From Candidatus Wildermuthbacteria bacterium (GTDB lineage Bacteria; Patescibacteriota; Minisyncoccia; Minisyncoccales; UBA10102), in contig JACOZJ010000003.1 of NCBI GenBank assembly GCA_016181405.1, forward strand, positions 176,126-240,125: DNA of 64,000 nucleotides, in the 5' to 3' direction. Every line of letters starts with the position of its first letter. Within the stretch, counting starts at the first letter, position 1. Below the pieces are notes generated by a model. It ran no database searches, was not told the DNA's origin, and saw nothing but the letters and a program-made list of their open reading frames with translations. The position numbers and the translations under genes are program-made. This document shows, one piece after another, positions 41,096 through 52,877 of this stretch.

Positions 41096-41557
41096 TTAGT
41101 CAATCTTTACGATTTTGCATTTGCGGTTCCCGTCCGGAGTTTCACACTGCACCACATCCCCCACTTTTTTGCCCAAAAGCGAGGATCCTATGGGAGATTC
41201 AACTGAAATCTTCCCCCCCAGAGGATCAGCCTCGCTTGCGGTAACAATCTTAAAAATCTGCGGGTTAAACCCTTCCACCATTACCGTAGAACCAATCTGC
41301 ACTTTATCTGACTTTCCTCCGCCAGCTGGCGGATTCACCACTTTTGCCTCGTGGATTTCTTCTTCTAACTCCGCAATGCGCCTTTGCAGCATCTCTTGCT
41401 GTTCTTTCGCATCGTGGTAATCAAAGTTCTCTGACAGATCTCCAAACGCGATTGCCTTTCGCAGGCGCTCCGCTAGCTCTTTTTGTTTTGTTGTTTTGAG
41501 GTGCTGGAGTTCTGCTTTCATTTTCTCGAGCCCTTCTTCTGTAGTAAATTTTGCCAT
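41096..41557 (-). CDS. greA: transcription elongation factor GreA
   Basis: N-terminal coiled-coil and C-terminal FKBP-like domain motifs. Confidence 0.92.
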   Translation of the reverse strand: MAKFTTEEGLEKMKAELQHLKTTKQKELAERLRKAIAFGDLSENFDYHDAKEQQEMLQRRIAELEEEIHEAKVVNPPAGGGKSDKVQIGSTVMVEGFNPQIFKIVTASEADPLGGKISVESPIGSSLLGKKVGDVVQCETPDGNRKCKIVKID

Positions 41558-41561
41558 ATTG

Positions 41562-43508
41562 TTATCTCGTAAAATACCACTCTAATACCTCCTTTGCAAC
41601 CGGCAATACTGCCAAGCTACCTTCTTTTGCGTCTTCAACCATCACGGCCAACACGATTTCTGGATTTTCATAAGGCGCGAATACCACAACCCAACTATAC
41701 AAGTAATCCAACCCTTCTTCATCTTTTCTTCCGGTTTGCGCGGTTCCTGTCTTTGCGCCAGATGATACGGGCATTTGGTTTAAAATAACCGCGGATCCCC
41801 ATTTGACTGCCTGCCTCATTCCGTCACGTACCACTTCAAGGTTTTCTTGCTCCACGACATGCTCCCGTACGACTTGCGGAAAAGTTTCCCGAGTCCCCTC
41901 TCTATCAATAATTTCTTTCACCATTTGAGGCTTGTACAATGTGCCTCCGTTCGCGATGGCCGCGAATGCGGAAGCCACCTGCAGGGGCGTAGCCAACAAA
42001 TTACCCTGGCCGATAGAAAGGTTGTACGTATCGCCATCCCACCACCCCTCGCCCTTCGCCTGCATCTTCCATTCAGGATCCGGAATAAGGCCTTTGGCCT
42101 CGCCAGACAAATCTATGCCGGTTTTGGCGCCCAAACCAAATTTGGTGAGATACTCTTTCAGCCGCCGCGGGCCAAGTCCCTCTTGGTCCTCAAATCCTCC
42201 TCCAATGGTATAAAAATACACGTTGCTCGAAACAGCGAGAGCCTCACGCATATCAACCCAGCCATGATCCTTCCAGTCGTTAAATCGATATATAATTTCA
42301 GGATCGTAGGCATGAGGAATTTCAATGTATCCTTTTGTAAAAATCTTCTTGTCCGGATCTATAATATGTTCCTCCAAAGCTCCCGCTGCTATGAAAGGCT
42401 TAATAGTAGAACCAGTAGGATAGTTTCCTGCGATTGCACGGTTAAAAAGCGGATTCAAAGGATCAGAAGTAATCTCCGCATACTGCGTGTGGCTGATGCC
42501 GCGCGAAAAAAGATTGCTGTCGAACCCTGGGATGCTTACCAAAGAAAGGACTCCTCCGGTTTTAGGATCCAGCGCAATGCCGGCTGCCTTCTGGGCTCCT
42601 ATTCTCTCGAGTGTGCGCTCGAGGGCTTCCCGTACTTTCGCTTGAAGCTCAAAATCGAGCCACAGCACAATACTATTCCCGGATTGCGAAGGAACTTCTC
42701 CCTTTTCTTTCACCACCAGACCCAAAGCGTCCTTCTCAGTCAATTTCCTTCCTGGCACTCCGCGCAGTTCTGTTTCATACGAACGTTCAATGCCTGTTTT
42801 CCCGATTTGATCGGTTATCGCATACTCCGGATATTGTTTAAGTTCGTCTGAAGAAATTTTTGCGGTATACCCCAACACGTGCGCAAGCGTGGGATCTGCA
42901 ACATATTCTCGAATGGTATTCCTTTCAATATCACATCCCACCAACTCTTCGAGTTTTGTTTCTAGCATAATGAGCTGATCATGGGAAAGATTTTGCGCTA
43001 TTAAAAATTTCGGGTTTGTCGTCTTGTCGAATTCTCCACGCAAATCTGAAAACGGAATACCCAGAATGTCCGCGCTCTGCCGCAAAATACGTTCTTTCTC
43101 GGGACGCTCTGGAGGTAAATCGCGCTTGTCGCAGACAAAATCAAAACTTGGTTTGTTAAATACCAGCTGTTCACCGTTGACGTCGTAAATGACTCCACGA
43201 TCTGAATCTAAGGGTTGACTTCGAATGGTATTTTCTTGTGCCCTTCTTTGCAGCTCGTCTCCCGCCAACGCCTGCAGCTGAAATGTCCTTGCAAAGAGCA
43301 CCAAAAACAACACAAGAAAACTTGCGTAGAGCGCCCAAAGCAACCACTGAGAAAGCGGAACTTCCAGTTTTTGCTCTCCATACATCCCGGAAGCCATTTC
43401 CTGCTCCGCAACAAACTTATCCAAGAAAACATCTTGCAGCTCAAAATCGCCCCGGGAGCGTTTGACGCGTAATCCCCTAAAATTTTTTAAGAATGGGAAG
43501 CCTGACAT
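41562..43508 (-). CDS. mrdA: penicillin-binding protein 2 (peptidoglycan D,D-transpeptidase)
   Basis: STIKP active-site motif and SxN/KTG boxes. Downstream of mreCD. Confidence 0.9.
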   Translation of the reverse strand: MSGFPFLKNFRGLRVKRSRGDFELQDVFLDKFVAEQEMASGMYGEQKLEVPLSQWLLWALYASFLVLFLVLFARTFQLQALAGDELQRRAQENTIRSQPLDSDRGVIYDVNGEQLVFNKPSFDFVCDKRDLPPERPEKERILRQSADILGIPFSDLRGEFDKTTNPKFLIAQNLSHDQLIMLETKLEELVGCDIERNTIREYVADPTLAHVLGYTAKISSDELKQYPEYAITDQIGKTGIERSYETELRGVPGRKLTEKDALGLVVKEKGEVPSQSGNSIVLWLDFELQAKVREALERTLERIGAQKAAGIALDPKTGGVLSLVSIPGFDSNLFSRGISHTQYAEITSDPLNPLFNRAIAGNYPTGSTIKPFIAAGALEEHIIDPDKKIFTKGYIEIPHAYDPEIIYRFNDWKDHGWVDMREALAVSSNVYFYTIGGGFEDQEGLGPRRLKEYLTKFGLGAKTGIDLSGEAKGLIPDPEWKMQAKGEGWWDGDTYNLSIGQGNLLATPLQVASAFAAIANGGTLYKPQMVKEIIDREGTRETFPQVVREHVVEQENLEVVRDGMRQAVKWGSAVILNQMPVSSGAKTGTAQTGRKDEEGLDYLYSWVVVFAPYENPEIVLAVMVEDAKEGSLAVLPVAKEVLEWYFTR

Positions 43509-43785
43509 AATCCTCTAATACGATCTTTATGAATAAAGAAGCAAACCCCAGACCAAGAGCCCAAAGCCCTATAATTCCCCCCGAAAACACATCCAGCAAG
43601 AATCCACCAAATAGAGCCGCCAAAAAACTCGCATAGGAGTCTCGGTGTTCGAATATGCTCAATAAGACTACGCTTAGAATGATAAAATTGGGAACCAACC
43701 CATTGGGAAATAAATGAACAAAAAAACTCATCTGCAAAATCGCAAAAACGTAGAACACCAGAAAGAGGATAATTGTTTGCTTCAT
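43477..43785 (-). CDS. mreD: rod shape-determining protein MreD
   Basis: 102-aa polytopic protein between mreC and PBP2. Confidence 0.6.
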   Translation of the reverse strand: MKQTIILFLVFYVFAILQMSFFVHLFPNGLVPNFIILSVVLLSIFEHRDSYASFLAALFGGFLLDVFSGGIIGLWALGLGFASLFIKIVLEDYVRLPILKKF

Positions 43786-44564
43786 GGGCGCAAAGAAGTA
43801 ATTACAAATACTGTTTCAAGGGATTTTAAACTAAAAAATGGCTTTACATTTGCCTTTTGAAAGGGATCGGAGCCAGCTTTCAAAATCTCTGTGATTTCGC
43901 CAATCAACAAATTTTTTGGGAACACGCCGCCCAAATTACTCGTAACCACCATATCTCCAACGCCGAGTTCATCTTCCTGCGGGACCAAGTCAAGCATAAG
44001 TTTCTGGCCGCCCTTTCCCCTTACCACGCCAGTCGTTTCTGTCTCCGCAATTTGCGCATCCGTTCTGGCCTCGTCGGCTGAAATCAACTGCACACGGGCA
44101 TGATCGGAGAACGACTCCACAACTTTCCCCACGGCAATGGTGCCGGAAGCAATAACCGACATTCCTTTTTGAATTCCCTGATTCTGTCCTCCCCGAATGG
44201 TAATAACATCTTCCCCAAGATTTTTCCCGATAACGTCAGCCATCACCATACGAAATTCTTCTGTAAGCCCCAAGTCCAGCATTCTGCGCAATTCTTCATT
44301 TTCTCTTTCTACGTCCTGCAAAGAGATAACCTTCTGCACCAGGGCAAAATTTTCCTGCCGTAAGATCTCGTTTTCTGTACGCAAACTGCCTCCACCAAAA
44401 AAAGTGGATATACTCCGCCCCGCTTGCCACAGAGAAGCCTGCAAAGGAGAAGATATAGATGTTGCGAATTCTCGCACTTGAGAAGAAATAAGATTTAAAG
44501 ACAAAAACGATAAAATCACCAAAAGCAACACGCCGAATCTTCTCCTTAAAATCAGATTCCTCAT
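43782..44564 (-). CDS. mreC: rod shape-determining protein MreC
   Basis: N-terminal TM, coiled-coil, C-terminal beta domain. Confidence 0.8.
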   Translation of the reverse strand: MRNLILRRRFGVLLLVILSFLSLNLISSQVREFATSISSPLQASLWQAGRSISTFFGGGSLRTENEILRQENFALVQKVISLQDVERENEELRRMLDLGLTEEFRMVMADVIGKNLGEDVITIRGGQNQGIQKGMSVIASGTIAVGKVVESFSDHARVQLISADEARTDAQIAETETTGVVRGKGGQKLMLDLVPQEDELGVGDMVVTSNLGGVFPKNLLIGEITEILKAGSDPFQKANVKPFFSLKSLETVFVITSLRP

Positions 44565-44613
44565 TGATCTATTATAAAAGCACCTCTGGGAATTTCAAGG
44601 GAAACAATTTACG

Positions 44614-44738
44614 AGATTGAATACAGAGATGGGGACTACCTACTCTCGCCTTGCGACTACCATCGGCCTTGAGGTATTTCACTTCCGTGTTCGGAATGGG
44701 AACGGGTGGGGCAACCTCAGTATAATCCCCATCTCTGG
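44614..44738 (-). rRNA. rrf: 5S ribosomal RNA
   Basis: Reverse complement reads CCAGAGATGGGGA...CCGAACACGGAAGTGAAA...TCCCCATCTCTG (helix I pairing, loop C motif). Confidence 0.9.
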
Positions 44739-44771
44739 ATTCAAAATTTTGAAGCAATCACTAATTGCCAG

Positions 44772-47535
<2,764 letters not shown>

Positions 47536-47731
47536 ATGCAATACCCTAGCTAGCAATTAGTAATTGCTTTGCTTCTATTCAGTTGTCAAAGTTCTCATGA
47601 GTAGTAGAAAAGCGTTTTTTTGTCAAACAAAAACCGCTTTTTCGAAGCGGTCTCCACACAGCAAAAAAGTGATGGTCTCTCAGCCGCTTCGTTTTTTGAC
47701 TATTAGTTGTTCTGTACTCATGTACGTATCC

Positions 47732-47760
47732 AGTATAGCCGACTCTCAAATCAATGTCAA
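47732..47760 (-). promoter_or_regulatory. rRNA promoter (TTGACA-N17-TATACT) with AT-rich UP element, copy A
   Basis: Consensus hexamers on the minus strand about 200 nt upstream of the 23S 5' end. Confidence 0.7.
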
Positions 47761-47813
47761 GGACAGCGAAAATCCCAATTTCCAAGCCCCAAATCCCGCC
47801 CTTTAGCGGTTGA

Positions 47814-48473
47814 TTAAAGCAGCTTTTGTTCAATAAAAGGCTTAAGGTCGGAAGCGACAAGGATACGCTGGATATCGCTGTGCGTAATCAGCGTTTGCGA
47901 CGGGCGAGTGTCATCGCCATTTTGACCGGCAATCGAAAAACCCACGTACTCAACTTTTTTCTTTTGACGAAGCCGTATCCAATCAATGGCCGGCACAAGA
48001 TCCCCATCGGAACTCACGATAATTGCGGTATCATATTTATCGTCTATCGCGCCCACGATTGCATCGGTGGCGAGCTTCACGTCAATGCCCTTTTCTCTCA
48101 TCCGCTCAAACTCTACTTCTTTTACCCCTTTTTTCAGCAATTCCTTGTAATTTTTGACCCTGTCATCAATAACGACTTTTTCTATTCGTGTGCGAAGCTT
48201 GCTCGTTTTGATCTCCCATCCACTTGAGCGCAATCGGGTAAATAAGGTGGTTTGCCGAGACATTGCCTGTTTGCTCCTTTTATCCCCTTCTCTTTCTCGT
48301 ACCGTGCCGACATAAAAACGTTTGCCGGCTTCGGTAATCGCCCGCCCATTCGCAAGGAATTCGGCGAATTTGTCGAACGCAAAATCAAGCTCTTGGATGC
48401 CTAATTTCCGTAAAACAAGGTGATGGAGATTCCCTCCGTCAATAAGTATCTGAACGCGTTCTGCCATACCCAT
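47814..48473 (-). CDS. NYN-domain (LabA/PIN-like) ribonuclease
   Basis: ERVQILIDGGNL...EKGIDVKLATDAI...AIIVSSDGDLVPAI acidic-residue pattern of NYN domains. Probable start MGMAERV; the longer ORF to 48599 would begin upstream of its own promoter. Confidence 0.7.
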   Translation of the reverse strand: MGMAERVQILIDGGNLHHLVLRKLGIQELDFAFDKFAEFLANGRAITEAGKRFYVGTVREREGDKRSKQAMSRQTTLFTRLRSSGWEIKTSKLRTRIEKVVIDDRVKNYKELLKKGVKEVEFERMREKGIDVKLATDAIVGAIDDKYDTAIIVSSDGDLVPAIDWIRLRQKKKVEYVGFSIAGQNGDDTRPSQTLITHSDIQRILVASDLKPFIEQKLL

Positions 48474-48545
48474 AGTATGCCATACGCGCGGGCAAAATAA
48501 AATCCTGCACACAGCCGAAGCTGGCGCAGGAGACTTTATGTATCT

Positions 48546-48574
48546 AGTATAGCCGACCCTCAAACCAATGTCAA
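48546..48574 (-). promoter_or_regulatory. duplicate of the rRNA promoter (TTGACA-N17-TATACT), copy B, driving the NYN gene
   Basis: About 60-bp near-identical repeat of 47731-47790, including -35, spacer, -10 and UP region. Confidence 0.65.
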
Positions 48575-48698
48575 GCGCAGCGAAAATCCCAATTTTCAAT
48601 GCTCAATTTTCAATCTCCGCCAAAGGCGGATCCGCCTCGGACGGAAAATCCCAATGCCTTAATGCTCAAAACAAAATCGTCTGGCCCATATCTCTATC

Positions 48699-49187
48699 TT
48701 AGCTAATACGAGGCCATTTAGTTAAAAGCTCTTGCTTAATACTTCTATATCTGTGAAAAATATTATCAAAATCTTGAATGATTGCTTCAAGCGCAGAGAC
48801 TTCGAGGGAAGGACTTTCTAGTAAACGATGCATAAGTTTATTTCTTTTCTTGTTAAATGCAGAAAGACACCTTATAAACTCCTCCCTATCAGGAAAATTA
48901 AACTCTTGAAGATCTGCGATCATTCCTCCGAGAGTTTTCTTCTTCATGCACTCAGAGATTGGCCAAGAAATTACTCCATTGAACTTCTCGTATGTCCCAA
49001 CTTTAATCATGCGGTGCAGATTTCTTAAGATATCACTTGCGACATATTCGACGTGATTCACAAGGAGTAAAATTGCGGTTAACTTCTCCTCACTCGTATC
49101 TCCACGAGCATATTCTCTTGCCTTCTTTAAGCTTTCATTCAGGAGATCGATATCTGTATGTCCGATCGGCTCAAAATCGCTGGGCAT
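48699..49187 (-). CDS. HEPN-motif protein (candidate RNase)
   Basis: All-alpha 162-aa protein with Rx4H motif in FNKKRNKLMHRLLE (R-N-x-x-x-H). Confidence 0.45.
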   Translation of the reverse strand: MPSDFEPIGHTDIDLLNESLKKAREYARGDTSEEKLTAILLLVNHVEYVASDILRNLHRMIKVGTYEKFNGVISWPISECMKKKTLGGMIADLQEFNFPDREEFIRCLSAFNKKRNKLMHRLLESPSLEVSALEAIIQDFDNIFHRYRSIKQELLTKWPRIS

Positions 49188-49212
49188 AAAATAAGTAATT
49201 ATTTACATTGGG

Positions 49213-51558
49213 TTATGGTTCAACCTCCAAATCACTTAACGACACAATCATTGGAAGTAGAGTTGGCGAAATCGCTCTGGAAAACATAGCTATTTTTTCG
49301 TATATTGAAACATCGTTATTTTTCTCCGGAGCTTCCCCTTTAAGTTTCTTGCTCTTGTTATCGAAATCAAGCAATGAGATACCGAGTAATACCATACCGT
49401 ATTTAAATCTTGCTTCTAAGAGTTTCGGTTCAATTTTTGAATTCTCCTTAATTTCCATTTGCAGGTAGACATTATCCATATTGATGTAGAAGTCATACCC
49501 TGCTTCTTCTCCTCCATCCACAACCTTCAATGCACTCTTCTCATCAAATTTATGTTTTTCCCACTCATTTCTTCGCACCTCATACGCATGAGGAATATCG
49601 AGGTAGATTGGTTTTTCCCTATCTTTTCCAGTATCTTTACCTGACGGTTTTTTTCTTTTTCCGTGCCCTCCATTTGTTTCCTGTTGTGGTTTATCCACCT
49701 CAATACAAAATTCACTCGAGAATGAATCAATCCTGGAAATATCTATAACTCCAGTTCGAAAACACAATTTGTTTCCGATTTCAGATTGCTGTGGTATTCC
49801 AATCGTCAGTGTCGCAAGACCATTCCACAGATTGAGTGAGTAATCTTCAATAGGAGATTCGTCTATTTCAAGCGTTAATTCTCCGGGATCTTTATCTCTC
49901 TTAAAATAATCATTTTCAGCGTCTGTCTCATATTGGATTCGGAACCGCCTATTTATGGGACAGTGCTTCGGTTCTTTAGAGGGATGCTGTTTGGACAATT
50001 TGAAGTAACTTGGAAATGTCTTACCCTTAAATTTTTCTTGTTCTCCTGCGCCAGTAAGTTTGAACGGGTTCTTAATCCTTACCCCTTGCATGAAGAGACT
50101 CGAAAGAGATGGGGATTTCTTGATTATATTTTCCAATACATCTGCCAGTGGCTTCGAATCTTGTAGCTTATGTTCTACTAACTCTCTTTTTCTCTTTTCC
50201 CTTAGCTCCCTGAGTCCTGGATGGTTTTTAATTATATCTTCCATCTTTCTTTCGATTTCGCTTTGAAGCGGTCCACCACCAAGGCGGTCTCGGCTGTTCA
50301 TAAATAAGTCTTCCTGCATCCTTCTATCAATTCTTGAACAATCTACGATCACTAAAATACTATCAGACAAATAGTTCATGCCAACTACCTTTCGTTCAAA
50401 GAAATATCTCGGTAGCGAACCGTGTGTCTGTCCATTGACAATAAAAATTATCCCCTCTTCTGTAGCATAAGTTTCTCTTTTTCCTACTTTAAAAGCATAT
50501 ATTGAATAGTCCATCCTTTGACCCTGAACAGTCATTTCTCCTGACCCAGGGAAACCATCTTCAAGATTTTCTCTCTTATCTTCATCTAACCTTACGCTTA
50601 ACCCCGAGAGTGTTTTTATGGGACTTTTTCTAAATCTAGTATCAGCAACCTTTATGGGTAGCGCAATCTCTGGCATTAAAAGGGAAAGTCTATTGTGCAA
50701 GTGGCGAGTAGCATCTGATCGCAAGCGCCCAGTACTCATTTGGTAATCGTAAATTTTTATAAAAGTTCCATGCTCAATAGATTTTTTATATGCATCAAGA
50801 TCGTCATTTGGCAGTAAGGGAAGTGTCTTAGAAGTGAAAGAAAGTATTTCCCCTGCGGGAGCAAGATAAGTAAATACAGAGCTTCGCATTTGGCCAGTTG
50901 GCGGAATCCGTCTGATTATTGTCATTCCCCATAGATCTTTTTCCGTTTTATTTTTAATTTCTCGATTTCTTCTTGAAACTATTAATTGTAAATTATGCTC
51001 TGGGCTTCCGAACCTAAAAACTCCTGTCCCGCCCATACCAAACTTACCTTGAACAAATTGAATCTTGCTTTTATTCCCTCTGTTTAGAGAAAGAAAGGTA
51101 TCAAGAAAACGTTCGGGTGATTGACCCTCTCCTAAATCAACAAGCGAATAGGAAGGGCTAGCTTTGCTTCCACTTGCAACAAGAAAAATATTTTCAGCTA
51201 AGTTAGATCTCGCACTCGCGTCAATGCTAGAAAGCTTGCCGTCATAAATTCCAAAGTACTCTTTTTGCGCTTCCGCAATACTCTTGGGAGCTTCTTGGCT
51301 TGTTGGTTCTATGCCTCGCGATAAGCATTCTTTCATCAACATTGCATCTACGGAATTGATGATCTTCTCAACAAGTGCTGTATCGGGGGCACTTTGTTGA
51401 TTCCCAATTGTTGACCAGTTCCCTGAACTCTCATCAACTTCTTTCCACACTTTCTTGTCTGACCATAAGCCCGATTTGCTCAGGATTTCCACAACGGTCT
51501 TTTCTGTTTCTGCCTGTATCAGCGCAAGTGCCAATTTTTTGATCTCTTCATTATTCAT
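49213..51558 (-). CDS. GHKL-superfamily (Bergerat-fold, MORC/Hsp90-like) ATPase, 781 aa, large uncharacterised C-terminal region
   Basis: N-box EKIINSVDA. G1 box VDLGEGQ (DxGxG). G2 box GKFGMGGTGVF (compare Hsp90/MORC GQFGVGFYS). Confidence 0.55.
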   Translation of the reverse strand: MNNEEIKKLALALIQAETEKTVVEILSKSGLWSDKKVWKEVDESSGNWSTIGNQQSAPDTALVEKIINSVDAMLMKECLSRGIEPTSQEAPKSIAEAQKEYFGIYDGKLSSIDASARSNLAENIFLVASGSKASPSYSLVDLGEGQSPERFLDTFLSLNRGNKSKIQFVQGKFGMGGTGVFRFGSPEHNLQLIVSRRNREIKNKTEKDLWGMTIIRRIPPTGQMRSSVFTYLAPAGEILSFTSKTLPLLPNDDLDAYKKSIEHGTFIKIYDYQMSTGRLRSDATRHLHNRLSLLMPEIALPIKVADTRFRKSPIKTLSGLSVRLDEDKRENLEDGFPGSGEMTVQGQRMDYSIYAFKVGKRETYATEEGIIFIVNGQTHGSLPRYFFERKVVGMNYLSDSILVIVDCSRIDRRMQEDLFMNSRDRLGGGPLQSEIERKMEDIIKNHPGLRELREKRKRELVEHKLQDSKPLADVLENIIKKSPSLSSLFMQGVRIKNPFKLTGAGEQEKFKGKTFPSYFKLSKQHPSKEPKHCPINRRFRIQYETDAENDYFKRDKDPGELTLEIDESPIEDYSLNLWNGLATLTIGIPQQSEIGNKLCFRTGVIDISRIDSFSSEFCIEVDKPQQETNGGHGKRKKPSGKDTGKDREKPIYLDIPHAYEVRRNEWEKHKFDEKSALKVVDGGEEAGYDFYINMDNVYLQMEIKENSKIEPKLLEARFKYGMVLLGISLLDFDNKSKKLKGEAPEKNNDVSIYEKIAMFSRAISPTLLPMIVSLSDLEVEP

Positions 51559-51562
51559 AAGT

Positions 51563-51793
51563 TTAGAACGTAAATTTTGATTTCTTAGGTAGATGAAACC
51601 TTATCTTTGCTTCTCGGGTTCCGCGTTCAATTTCAGAAAATATCTTATTCACCTCTTCTTCGCTGTATTCATAAGCGCCTCGATTGCCACAGTTTCCCAA
51701 AACCCGCAATCGCTCCAACACTTGATTGGTGCGAAGCGCAGCAAGCCTTTTAAAACGTTCTTGCTTGGTTTCATTTTTAGGAGAAGTTCTCAT
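51563..51793 (-). CDS. small basic protein, first gene of the GHKL module
   Basis: 76 aa. Stop lies 4 nt from the GHKL start. Confidence 0.45.
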   Translation of the reverse strand: MRTSPKNETKQERFKRLAALRTNQVLERLRVLGNCGNRGAYEYSEEEVNKIFSEIERGTREAKIRFHLPKKSKFTF

Positions 51794-51974
51794 ATTTTTT
51801 GTATTTATGCTTTTATTTAGCCTTATACTCCAGTATTATCATGTCCTGAAAATAATGTCAATATCCTTACAAACTACATCAATACCTTATACATTTTAAG
51901 TACAAAAACTGCAGGGCAAAGTCAGTGGTAAAAAAGGGTCGGGGCATTTTTTGCCTCGACCTTGAACGGCTGTC

Positions 51975-52343
51975 TCAATTCCGCTGGGAATTTTCTCCTT
52001 GCTGTCTCACCTCCCGCAAGCTTCGCGCGAACTCTCCCGCGCCATCGCTGATGATGCGCGATGCCTCCTTTGGCACTACGGTATCTATCTTGCAATTCGT
52101 ACATCGTATGGCGACAAGGAGAGGGAATTCATCATCCTTCCATAGCGCATCTGAATTTTTCACAAGGTAGTGACCGTCCTTTATGAATCCCACCGTCACT
52201 ACGGCGTGAATTTTCCCTCCGCAGGATCCTGTCGGGCAGGCGCCGATAAAATCTGCGAGGATGCGCTCACGGCCACGATCTTTCTCAACCCAAAATACCA
52301 TAGTGAAGATAGTCCATATGTGCATGTGCATGCCCACCCCCAC
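51975..52343 (-). CDS. hypothetical Cys-containing protein (GC-rich)
   Basis: CPTGSC ... CTNC pairs. Start codon uncertain. Confidence 0.35.
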   Translation of the reverse strand: MGVGMHMHIWTIFTMVFWVEKDRGRERILADFIGACPTGSCGGKIHAVVTVGFIKDGHYLVKNSDALWKDDEFPLLVAIRCTNCKIDTVVPKEASRIISDGAGEFARSLREVRQQGENSQRN

Positions 52344-52437
52344 TTAACAAATTGCATTCCCGCGGTTTGCTTTCCATACCACAAAAATTGAAATATGTGA
52401 ATATGCTTAAAGCAAAAAAGACAAAACCTATGAGGTA

Positions 52438-52465
52438 TTGACATTTTCCTGGGCTACGCTAAAAT
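52438..52465 (+). promoter_or_regulatory. consensus sigma70 promoter TTGACA-N16-TAAAAT
   Basis: Both hexamers near-consensus. No annotated gene downstream on the plus strand. Confidence 0.7.
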
Positions 52466-52599
52466 ATGACCTAGTTCTTATGTGGAGAGGTCGAGTTTTT
52501 CCCTGGAAGCTGCACGAAAGTGGAGCTGCGAGGGGAGGGCTCGAGAGGATTCTCTAGAAGAAATCCTAAACCAAACTCGAGCCCGACAAAGGAGGTCCC

Positions 52600-52707
52600 A
52601 TGGTTGGACCGCCCACGACCACGGAAAGGAATAGCTCGCTGAACTTCATTGACGACGTGGACGCCATCGCAGGCCCGCCGGCCCCCGACCACACCAACAC
52701 GACCTGA
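52600..52707 (+). CDS. 35-codon ORF behind a perfect Shine-Dalgarno (MVGPPTTTERNSSLNFIDDVDAIAGPPAPDHTNTT)
   Basis: AAAGGAGGT 6 nt upstream of ATG. Sits in a roughly 60% GC transcript. Confidence 0.3.
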   Translation: MVGPPTTTERNSSLNFIDDVDAIAGPPAPDHTNTT

Positions 52708-52744
52708 CGCCGGCCGCGGCCCGGGTGGACCTAGGCCACCAAGG

Positions 52745-52806
52745 GCGGGGGCGCTTGCTGCAGCAAGCGCCCCCGCAACTCTACTCACAGCTCAAACTGT
52801 GTTTTT
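52745..52806 (+). terminator. 14-bp-stem hairpin (GCGGGGGCGCTTGC/GCAAGCGCCCCCGC) followed by T6
   Basis: Perfect stem. T-run lies 20 nt downstream, so it is a weak intrinsic terminator for the plus-strand transcript. Confidence 0.4.
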
Positions 52807-52823
52807 TATTTGTGCCAAACAAA

Positions 52824-52848
52824 CCCCCCCGCCGATGAGGCGGGGGGG
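52824..52848 (-). terminator. rho-independent terminator of the 52878-53573 gene
   Basis: CCCCCCCGCC-GATGA-GGCGGGGGGG hairpin followed by TTTGTTTGG on the minus strand. Confidence 0.7.
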
Positions 52849-52877
52849 GACGATAAATTCACCTGTTCTGGTTTTCT

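Noticed and set aside
41847-42851. 334-aa plus-strand ORF
   Set aside because: It is antisense to the PBP2 gene and has no domain signatures.
47814-48599. Full 261-aa extent of the NYN ORF
   Set aside because: The N-terminal 42 codons overlap the duplicated promoter (-35/-10) itself. The gene more plausibly starts at MGMAERV (48473).
52470-52810. Possible RNase P RNA, tmRNA, SRP or 6S RNA
   Set aside because: I looked for the P4 AGGAAAGUCCGGGC / ACAGAACCCGGCUUA pair, the tmRNA tRNA-like 3' end with tag reading frame, and the SRP domain IV motif. None is present. The region remains an unclassified structured transcript.
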